DNA from: Candidatus Thorarchaeota archaeon
GTDB lineage: Archaea > Asgardarchaeota > Thorarchaeia > Thorarchaeales > Thorarchaeaceae
NCBI GenBank assembly: GCA_011364905.1
Contig: RDNZ01000047.1
Coordinates: 1-19,891 of the forward strand
Length of the DNA stretch: 19,891 nucleotides
Direction of reading: 5' to 3'
Shown here piece after piece: positions 8,097 to 15,832 of the stretch. The position numbers were made by a program, and so were the translations under genes. Position 1 is the stretch's first letter. The number at the start of each line of letters is the position of its first letter. The notes beneath the pieces were generated by a model that saw only the letters and a program-made list of their open reading frames with translations, was not told the origin of the DNA and searched no databases.

Positions 8097-9614
8097 ATGA
8101 GTAGGACTTCCAGTTTTATGGGTTTCACCGATGCAGACGAAAAAGCACTGCATCTCGGCAAAGTACTGATGATTCTTATGCCGACTGCAAACATCATCTT
8201 CACACTCAGTACAACATTCTATATGATATTTATCGCTGAAGCGCTGGGCGGCGGAGATTACATCGCTGGGCTTGCACCTCTAGGTGTGCTCATAGCTATT
8301 GAGATGATTTCCCAGACAGCCCTCGACTATCCTAGCGGAGCACTTGGAGACGCCATCGGTCAAAGGTATGTCATCGCAATAGGAAACACACTCTACGGAG
8401 TCGTCTTTTTCATGGTGTCCTTTGTGACATCATCTACACCCTTCTATTACTTAGTGCTCATTTACATGCTTCAAGGAGTTGCTCAGTCTCAGATTAGTGG
8501 AGCATGGGGGGCTTGGTTTGACAATAACTACAGGGTGGCAATGCCTCATGACACTGAACGGAAGCAATACGGTGTTTTCTGGGGCAGAATGGGTATGATT
8601 GCCCAGATTGCATCAACTGCAGCTCTCATACCCGGGAGCATTCTAGCTACAGTCTTCAGTAGGCCATTTGTGTTTCAGATCGAAGCGGCGGGAGCAATTG
8701 TATTCGCAATGATGGTCATGAGATATATCCGCGACTTTCCTGAGGTTGAGGCTCAAAGAGAGACTCGTCCATCAATGACTGAGTACACCTCTCTGCTGAA
8801 AGAAGGAGTGAGTTATCTTTGGAATACACCTTATGTCAAATACCTGTGTATTGGTTCGATGTTGACTGCCAGCACAATCAACGTTTGGGGCAACCTGATT
8901 CTCTTTCCGCTCTACTTTAGTTATCTCATCACTGATGTCGCTGTGGCTTCATACCGAACAATCGCATTCATTCCAGGAGTGGCAGCAAATGAAAGGTCAG
9001 GCATCTGGTCACAAAGGTTTGAACCCAAGAAGTGGATCCCTCGCTTCAGACTCCTCCAGGCATGTGGATTTGTCTTCTACATTATTCTGGCGGCGATGAT
9101 GTTCTTTTTCCCTCCAGTGGGTGATGCAGCAGTGATGGCTACAGTTTATCTGCCATTCACCTCAATCGTGCTCATCGAACTACCCGTTCAACATATCGTT
9201 CCAATAGTCCTGCTGTTCGCTCTCTTCACAGTGACTATGTTCTTCGGAGGCTTTGCGGAAATTCTCACCCAGAGAGAACTTCTTGATGCAATCCCGAATC
9301 GTAATAGAAACTCACTGTACTCACTTCAGCCAACGATTCTTTTGCTTTTATCGACACCTCAGATTGTGTTCTTTGGTTGGCTGATTCCACTCGTTGGTTT
9401 TCCTCCAACCTTACTGATCTGCGCGATGATCTCACTTGCCGGTGTCATGATCATAAGGCATGCCCTTTCACTTGAGAAACCATTTGTTGCCATTGAAACT
9501 GAACAAACCGAATCAATAGTGACTACCAAGGAATCATCTGATGCTTATGAAGCAAAACTGCTTCTAGAAGAGCTTGCTGATGAAGCTGAGCAAGTTGTTT
9601 TGAGACCAGAGTGA
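8097..9614 (+). CDS. MFS transporter
   Basis: MFS motif A-like DYPSGALGDAIGQR, about 12 TM helices, and LLDAIPNRNRNS before TM11. Confidence 0.9.
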   Translation: MSRTSSFMGFTDADEKALHLGKVLMILMPTANIIFTLSTTFYMIFIAEALGGGDYIAGLAPLGVLIAIEMISQTALDYPSGALGDAIGQRYVIAIGNTLYGVVFFMVSFVTSSTPFYYLVLIYMLQGVAQSQISGAWGAWFDNNYRVAMPHDTERKQYGVFWGRMGMIAQIASTAALIPGSILATVFSRPFVFQIEAAGAIVFAMMVMRYIRDFPEVEAQRETRPSMTEYTSLLKEGVSYLWNTPYVKYLCIGSMLTASTINVWGNLILFPLYFSYLITDVAVASYRTIAFIPGVAANERSGIWSQRFEPKKWIPRFRLLQACGFVFYIILAAMMFFFPPVGDAAVMATVYLPFTSIVLIELPVQHIVPIVLLFALFTVTMFFGGFAEILTQRELLDAIPNRNRNSLYSLQPTILLLLSTPQIVFFGWLIPLVGFPPTLLICAMISLAGVMIIRHALSLEKPFVAIETEQTESIVTTKESSDAYEAKLLLEELADEAEQVVLRPE

Positions 9615-9652
9615 CGAACCTACTCTCGTCACTCACCCTCAAAAAGCCTGAA

Positions 9653-10576
9653 TTAGTTGAGGCTGAAACCTGTTTCTTCAAGAACTTGGTGAACTCTTCT
9701 CACACGGGGATCGGGGAAAGTGGTCCCCGGAGAAAGAATCAGAGGTTCCGCTATGACAGCAAGTCCAGACTCTACTATTTTCTGAACGACCATCTCAACT
9801 TCTCGCACATCTTTTACAAAGAACTTGAAGAACAACGTTGGTTCCGTGGCTGAAATAAAATCATCCAAATGCAGGAGGGCAAACTTGCTCTGCAACCAAT
9901 CCAGCAGTTGTTCCTTGTTTGTCGTACCTACATTCCACTGCACTTTGGCAAATACCTCTATGCTCCCTGCATTCAGGGCATCCCCAACTCCGAGTGTAAA
10001 AAGAACTGCTTCACTCTTCTTCATCAAATCAATACTCTCTTTAATTGCGTTTGAATGAAATCCTGTTTCTTTGGCAATTTCACTCACTGGCATTCTAGGG
10101 TTTCTGACTAGACATTTTAGTATCTCGCGGGAGATGTTTGTGAGTTTTATTTTTCCTCCCCAATAGTGCAAGAATCTTGAATGCAACTCTACATTCCTTA
10201 GTCCATGATGCTCGCGCAGATGATGAGTTAGGGACTTGAGTTCTTCTTGATTGAAGTACACACCAAGCACGAGATATCTCCCATCATGCACTCTGGAGAC
10301 CCTGTGCACCAATGGGTTACTTCCAAGTTTTTTGAATAGATGTTTTTCGTCTGGATCAATATCGAAATTGAGAATGGCAATTACAGAGTTTTCTTCAGTC
10401 ATAGGGGGGCTTAGAATCACAAGAAACTCTCTGATAATGCCTGAGGATTGCAGATTCTCAATGCGTTTCTTTACCTCATTTGCTGATACTCCAGAGAGTG
10501 CCGCAAGGTCTTGTAAACTTGTTCTGCAATCGACCTGTAGCTGCTTAAGGATTAGTTGGTCGATGGAGTTTATCAT
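9653..10576 (-). CDS. Tandem-duplicated Lrp/AsnC-type winged-helix regulator
   Basis: Two AsnC-type HTHs (IDQLILKQLQVDCRTSLQDLA...RIENLQSSGII; ISREILKCLVRNPRMPVSEIAKETG), each followed by an alpha/beta domain. Confidence 0.85.
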   Translation of the reverse strand: MINSIDQLILKQLQVDCRTSLQDLAALSGVSANEVKKRIENLQSSGIIREFLVILSPPMTEENSVIAILNFDIDPDEKHLFKKLGSNPLVHRVSRVHDGRYLVLGVYFNQEELKSLTHHLREHHGLRNVELHSRFLHYWGGKIKLTNISREILKCLVRNPRMPVSEIAKETGFHSNAIKESIDLMKKSEAVLFTLGVGDALNAGSIEVFAKVQWNVGTTNKEQLLDWLQSKFALLHLDDFISATEPTLFFKFFVKDVREVEMVVQKIVESGLAVIAEPLILSPGTTFPDPRVRRVHQVLEETGFSLN

Positions 10577-10686
10577 GCTTCAAAGATTTGCCTAAATCGT
10601 ATGATATGAATCTAACGAACAATACTCCAAGAGATTTTTTAAGCCACCTAGGTAACTTGAAAACCATACTACGGGAGTCGAATGGA

Positions 10687-11025
10687 ATGCCAACCAAAGA
10701 AGAACTGATGGAATCACTAAAAACAATGGTTGGAAAGGTCGAACTTCCAACGAATAAGAAGCGTTTTGCAAAGTACAATAAAACTCTGCAATTGGATTTC
10801 ACTGACATTCCAGAAGCTGTTTGCTATATTGTTTTTCAGGAAGGTTCAGCCACCATCAATGAAGGTGTCAACGAAAGCGCTGAACTAAGAATCACAACTA
10901 CATCTGAAACTATGATGGCAGTTCTCAATGGAACTTTAAGTCCCACACGCGCCTTTATGTCAGGTCAGCTAAAGGCCAAAGGTCCGCCAAATGACTTGAT
11001 GAAACTGCAAGCTCTAATGAAGTAG
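10687..11025 (+). CDS. Stand-alone SCP2 sterol/lipid-binding domain protein
   Basis: AELRITTTSETMMAVLNGTLSPTRAFMSGQLKAKG is a typical SCP2 C-terminal signature. Start reassigned from TTG 10588 to in-frame ATG 10687 (112 aa), which has GGGAG upstream and a TTTTTTAAG box near 10636-10643. Confidence 0.9.
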   Translation: MPTKEELMESLKTMVGKVELPTNKKRFAKYNKTLQLDFTDIPEAVCYIVFQEGSATINEGVNESAELRITTTSETMMAVLNGTLSPTRAFMSGQLKAKGPPNDLMKLQALMK

Positions 11026-11028
11026 GCA

Positions 11029-12093
11029 CTACCTCTCATAGAAGAACTTGCCTTTGGAATATATGACCTCATCACCTGCGATTATCTCGCCGTCGTGCAT
11101 CGTCTTGATCATGTCGACGTGAACTGCAGACTCATTTGTTCCGTTGCATTCTTTGTAGGCCCGACCCAAAGCACAATGGACTGTGTCTCCAATTTTCTCG
11201 TCGAAGAGCATATTCAGTGTGTGCTGCTTGATGCCTCTATTTGTGCCAATAGCCATCTCCCCGAGTCTTCGTGAACCCTCATCAATTTCAATGATTTCTT
11301 TAAGAGTCGCTTCGGCTTTTTCAGCAGAGAAGTCCACGACCTCTCCTTTTTCGAATGTGAGTCGCACACCCTCTATGACCTTACCTTGTTGAAGGAATGG
11401 GATGTCAAAGAGAATCTTTCCTTCAACTGTATCCTCCACTGGGGCAGTGAAGACTTCGCCGCTTGGCATGTTGTGCTTTCCATCAGAGGCAATCCATATC
11501 CGTCCTTCTGTGGATGCATGGAGATCCGTTTCAGGACCAATATATCGAATATCTTTGTGCTGTTCGAGATGCTCCTTAATCTTGTTCATTATCTTACTCT
11601 CAGCTTCCCAATCTAGAAGCGTGGCATTGTAAACAAACTCCTCGTACTCGTCCATACTCATGTTCGCTTGCTGGGCCAAAGCAGGAACAGGATGTACAGT
11701 TAGACACCATCTTTTGGAGAGGTAGAGGTCCATCACTCTTTTCATTGCGACATCGCGTTGTATCACTTTTTTAGGATCAACATTTGCCAAGGCTTTCGTA
11801 TTGCCTGGGGATCGCAATGCTATTATGACGTCAGCCTTTTCAAGAAGGGCTTCGAAATGAGTTGGCGCTCTTTTGATGGTGTCATCATCAGCCCCATCGA
11901 AGAAAGCCCTGTCCATCTCTTCTGTACTCATTACAGTGATAGGGATTGCCCCTTTCTCAGCGATCTTTTTGTAAAGTGCGACAACAAGTTCATGGGCTTC
12001 CGGTGTGGCACGGATACCGACCATATCTCCCTTTTTAACCTCAGTGCTCCATTCGACAAGTATCTTGGCATGTTCCTCTATACGTGGGTCCAT
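11029..12093 (-). CDS. Aminopeptidase, M29 family (aminopeptidase T/II/PepS-like)
   Basis: NMPSGEVFTAP, LGEMAIGTN, LFDEKIGDTVHCALGRAY and SAVHVDMI metal-binding motifs. Start taken at ATG 12093 (MDPRIEEHAK); 12117 is the alternative. Confidence 0.93.
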   Translation of the reverse strand: MDPRIEEHAKILVEWSTEVKKGDMVGIRATPEAHELVVALYKKIAEKGAIPITVMSTEEMDRAFFDGADDDTIKRAPTHFEALLEKADVIIALRSPGNTKALANVDPKKVIQRDVAMKRVMDLYLSKRWCLTVHPVPALAQQANMSMDEYEEFVYNATLLDWEAESKIMNKIKEHLEQHKDIRYIGPETDLHASTEGRIWIASDGKHNMPSGEVFTAPVEDTVEGKILFDIPFLQQGKVIEGVRLTFEKGEVVDFSAEKAEATLKEIIEIDEGSRRLGEMAIGTNRGIKQHTLNMLFDEKIGDTVHCALGRAYKECNGTNESAVHVDMIKTMHDGEIIAGDEVIYSKGKFFYER

Positions 12094-12153
12094 CGTGAGT
12101 TTCCTCGATTTTTTCACGAGGCTATGGTATCATATAGCTTCCGGACTGAGCCA

Positions 12154-14112
12154 CTAGACTTGTTTCTTCTTATACAAGTAGACCGCTATCAAAGCAGCTG
12201 CTGCAATACCTCCGCCTACGACCACTATAGTAAACGTATCAGGTCCAAGCGGAGGAAGAGAGTATTCTCCAACGATATATGCTTGGGTCCATACATCTTG
12301 AGTCATAGTATCAAAGGTAATGTATGCTAGTCCTGTTGAGGTGACATCTACATGGAACGGAAAACCGCTTGGCACTGGCCAATAATCATCTCCTATAGTC
12401 CATGTCTGTTGAAGGGTTCCATCAAGACTATGCTTTAGAAGGAAATACGATTCATCATATCTTTCTCCTCGCATTAATACCAACAGTTCATCATTTGGTG
12501 TCAAAGCAATATCGTATGCCCGTAGATCCTCAAGCCAATTATTTTGATACTCCATTTCATCGTTTGCAAGAAGTGTTTCGTTTCCTTGTAAGTCGACTTT
12601 TTTGATTAAGACCCCAATACCCGTTGTTTCGGCTATATAGAGTGATTCATTTCCATCATAACATGCCGCATGAGCGAAACTATTCCACAGGAGGTTTCCG
12701 TCAAGGTCAAAGCATGCGATATGTCCAGCTACATAGGATATTATCTGTGAGTCGGTGACCCAGAGATCGCCCTCCGTATCAAGGTACGTGCTTAATGGTA
12801 CAGGTTTGGTCCATAGAAGATCTCCCGAACTGTCAAACTTCAGCAAGATCGAGTTTTCGAATGTTGGCTCACTTCGGATGTTGTTCTCTGAAGCCATTAC
12901 ATAAATTGAACCATCGCTATGAACACCAAGAGCGACTCCAATTTGGTCATATTCTTCTCCCCACTCCTTTTCCCAAATCTTCTGACCATTGGTGCTCCAT
13001 TTTGTAAGCATGAGATTATGATAGTCCGGACCTTCGAAGCCATAGAAGTAACCTGTGGTAAATAAATTGCCATCATGAAACGCGATTGCTCGCGGTCTGG
13101 TAAGATTGTCATTCCGTATCAACCATCCGCGCCTCAAGACTGGGTTGTACTTGTACAAGAATTGGCGACTGGCGTATAGTCCATAGGTTTCACGAAGTTC
13201 AAAGGATGTGAAACTTTCGCCTGTGACGTATAAGTTACCCTCAGGATCAAATGTTGTTCCTCGAAATCGGTCCCAAACATCTGGATCTTCTTCAGAAAAC
13301 GATGGAAAGAAATCCCTGACCTTCGATCTGAAGGTATTGTTATACAGAGGAGTAAGATACGAAGCAGGATTCGGTTCTGCTTCCATAAATACATAGAGAC
13401 GTAGAGAAGTTACTTCAATGGCGACTGATCCATTTTCTAACGAGCTACTAAAGAAATATGTTGGAGCCAATCCCACTCCCAATGTCAGAACATCTTGGGG
13501 GTCCTCTTGGACACCATCCTCATCTTCAACCATTCCCCGCCATCCTGCCACGATGTCGAAATAGTTCAGATCAACGCGCTTTTGTTGGATAACGCTGGTA
13601 TATGGCGGGTCGGAGTAGAATACCCTATCCCAATTGTCGGATGAATCAGTTAACCAAACATACAGCTTGAACATGTTGCTTGCAGACTCTTCTGTATTAA
13701 AACTGCCTGAAAGGGTTGTACTGAAATTCAGATATATCTCAGCATCCTTGGGTATTGTTTCATAGGGCCAGTCAAAGGATTGAACGAAATACACAAAGTC
13801 ATTGAAGCTTGGATATGTGCTATCCTCAATAGATCGAAAGTCTAGCTCTGTGTCCTTAGTGTGTGTCCAATTCAAAATCATTGAGCTTCCACTATAAGTG
13901 TGCGAAAACTCTCCAGAGCTGCCATTGACAAATGCATCCGGTTCGGTTTCGAAATCCGGATCTGGCAAGACCTGTGTGATGTCTATAGCTGACGGTGTTG
14001 CTCCCTGGTCGCGGAAGACAGCTGAATGATTGCCAGTTGTTACTTCAAATGGGATACCGAGTAACATGATACAGGCAAAAACGATTCCAATGATTTTTTC
14101 GAGATTAACCAT
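12154..14112 (-). CDS. Cell-surface protein with beta-propeller-like repeats and C-terminal membrane anchor
   Basis: N-terminal hydrophobic signal, repeated blade-like motifs (DPEGNLYVTG, TKWSTNGQKIWEKEWG, LKFDSSGDLLWTK, DLDGNLLW), several NxS/T sequons, C-terminal TM plus KKK; RBS-like GGGTGAG. Confidence 0.8.
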   Translation of the reverse strand: MVNLEKIIGIVFACIMLLGIPFEVTTGNHSAVFRDQGATPSAIDITQVLPDPDFETEPDAFVNGSSGEFSHTYSGSSMILNWTHTKDTELDFRSIEDSTYPSFNDFVYFVQSFDWPYETIPKDAEIYLNFSTTLSGSFNTEESASNMFKLYVWLTDSSDNWDRVFYSDPPYTSVIQQKRVDLNYFDIVAGWRGMVEDEDGVQEDPQDVLTLGVGLAPTYFFSSSLENGSVAIEVTSLRLYVFMEAEPNPASYLTPLYNNTFRSKVRDFFPSFSEEDPDVWDRFRGTTFDPEGNLYVTGESFTSFELRETYGLYASRQFLYKYNPVLRRGWLIRNDNLTRPRAIAFHDGNLFTTGYFYGFEGPDYHNLMLTKWSTNGQKIWEKEWGEEYDQIGVALGVHSDGSIYVMASENNIRSEPTFENSILLKFDSSGDLLWTKPVPLSTYLDTEGDLWVTDSQIISYVAGHIACFDLDGNLLWNSFAHAACYDGNESLYIAETTGIGVLIKKVDLQGNETLLANDEMEYQNNWLEDLRAYDIALTPNDELLVLMRGERYDESYFLLKHSLDGTLQQTWTIGDDYWPVPSGFPFHVDVTSTGLAYITFDTMTQDVWTQAYIVGEYSLPPLGPDTFTIVVVGGGIAAAALIAVYLYKKKQV

Positions 14113-14277
14113 CTAACTCACCCATCCGAAAACTTTCGTCACGAACTCGCAAATAAATTCATCGAATTCAAATAATGGTGTAGTAAAAAGAAAGCAAACT
14201 AATTTTGGATGGCGCTAAGAGAGATAGATATTCATTATTGCGAATACTTGAATTTCCTAGGAGTGAATCTACGGGAT

Positions 14278-14682
14278 TCAAATCTCACGTTTCTCTGTAG
14301 CAAGAGTGGCTCCACAGTATGGACATTTCACACTCAATGGCCCTACCCATTCTATCTGTTCAGAACTGATACTTGCTCCACATTCGGTACAGAATCGTGG
14401 GGGTTCGTAGACGTATGACTTTTCCTTGGGTGCTTCCGATGCTGCAGCCCTCATCATTCCAAACATTCCAAACCCGCCTGTCGATAGACTATCCCTCATC
14501 CCGTAGAGCATGATTCCTGCACCGACTAAGAAGCTGACCATTGGCACAACCAGCACGTAGAACAGGATTGTTCCGACATTTGATGTGTCAATCCAGAAGA
14601 ACTGAATGAATCCACCAAAAAATCCGCCAACCATGACTATCATGCCAATGACCATTGTGGCAATTCGTTTACCTGAGGACAT
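14278..14682 (-). CDS. Two-TM membrane protein with C-terminal zinc ribbon
   Basis: Two hydrophobic helices, then CTECG...CPYCG. Confidence 0.85.
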   Translation of the reverse strand: MSSGKRIATMVIGMIVMVGGFFGGFIQFFWIDTSNVGTILFYVLVVPMVSFLVGAGIMLYGMRDSLSTGGFGMFGMMRAAASEAPKEKSYVYEPPRFCTECGASISSEQIEWVGPLSVKCPYCGATLATEKREI

Positions 14683-14818
14683 GTTTGGTCTCCATCAGTT
14701 TCTCGACTTCTCAAGATATAGGTTTCACTGTGACAAATATGCCTGAAACAATGTTTTTATCCTTCCACAGCTCTACGCTTTTTCAATTCCTGCTATCACG
14801 GGATGGGAGATCGTAAAT

Positions 14819-15592
14819 TTGTCGCTTTCAGATGAGCGTTTTTTTCTACAGTGCCCTCACTGCAATGCTAAGTACGTATACAATGTTGACAAAGTAGATG
14901 CCAAGGGAAATGTTTCTTGCCAGAATTGTGGCAAGCCGATACCTGCAGAAGGTCAACCTGTGATTGACATTCCAGAGGAGCCATATGTGCCATATGAGAA
15001 GAGACAAGAGGAAACTAGTATAATAGTAGCCAAGATTTATGGCCATGGATTTCTATTTTCTTTATTGTCGCTCATCGTTGTTATTCTTTTTGCCTTTCTA
15101 GCTAGCTTTCTTTCCTTTTTTGGTGGGATAATTGGGCTCATTCTATCTTTCGTACTTCTGTGTGGAATGATTGGATCTGTGAACATCGGACTAGCTAGTG
15201 CTCTTTGGGATATCAAGTGTAAAACCGAAATGAAAAGTGTTTTCGCTCAAGGAGGTGTCATTTTTCTAATACTGCTTGCTATGAGTGTCATTTTCCTACC
15301 TGTCGCGTTTTTGCCGTATCAAATCGTTCTTCTTCTAGATTTCTTGGTCTATCCCTTCATATATGGCCTTGTTTTCAGAAATATTGCCCTACAATTTGAG
15401 ATTGGCAAGAATGAAGAATATAGAGCTGTTTCCTCGGGATTTCAGAAAGGCGTTTGTCCTCACTGCAATGCAGAATATGCATATGCAATATCGTCCCGGG
15501 ACAGCGAGGGCAACGTTAGATGCCAAAACTGCTCACAGATCTTCAAGCTCGAGATTCGCCCCAAACTCCAACAAGGTCCAGATATTGACTGA
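14819..15592 (+). CDS. Membrane protein with N- and C-terminal zinc ribbons
   Basis: CPHC-x18-CQNC at both ends flanking about 4 TM helices; TTG start preceded by GGGAG. Confidence 0.85.
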   Translation: MSLSDERFFLQCPHCNAKYVYNVDKVDAKGNVSCQNCGKPIPAEGQPVIDIPEEPYVPYEKRQEETSIIVAKIYGHGFLFSLLSLIVVILFAFLASFLSFFGGIIGLILSFVLLCGMIGSVNIGLASALWDIKCKTEMKSVFAQGGVIFLILLAMSVIFLPVAFLPYQIVLLLDFLVYPFIYGLVFRNIALQFEIGKNEEYRAVSSGFQKGVCPHCNAEYAYAISSRDSEGNVRCQNCSQIFKLEIRPKLQQGPDID

Positions 15593-15753
15593 ACTCCTAG
15601 TTCGTTGAAACTTTAGGAGATGGTGCTTCTCTGACTGAAACAGCATAGCCTATTCAGTCGCTGCAAAGCATTTCGTCTATTCAATGGGATACATTTCGGT
15701 GGGACGAGAATTTGCATTTCCAATGGTCTTCGCCATGTAGAAAACTCGGTGGA

Positions 15754-15791
15754 TATTTAAGTCAGTAGAATTCTACTGCGTAGATATCTAC
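15754..15791 (+). promoter_or_regulatory. TATA-like box followed by two tandem palindromic operators GTAGA-N2-TCTAC
   Basis: TATTTAAG at 15754-15761; perfect 16-bp palindrome CAGTAGAATTCTACTG at 15763-15778; perfect 12-bp palindrome GTAGATATCTAC at 15780-15791. Confidence 0.75.
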
Positions 15792-15832
15792 CTAGACTGC
15801 ATGAACTCAAGTTTCGCATTTATTGAATACAA

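Noticed and set aside
10588-10686. N-terminal 33 codons of the listed SCP2 ORF
   Set aside because: They span the divergent promoter with its TATA-like box; ATG 10687 has an RBS and gives a normal SCP2 length.
11758-12330. 190-aa plus-strand ORF
   Set aside because: Antisense to two well-supported genes, with non-protein-like composition.
15590-15670. Selenocysteine read-through of TGA 15590-15592 with the downstream hairpin as a SECIS
   Set aside because: Read-through adds only TPSSLKL before a TAG, there is no redox motif context, and the hairpin lacks an evident tandem GA/AG core.
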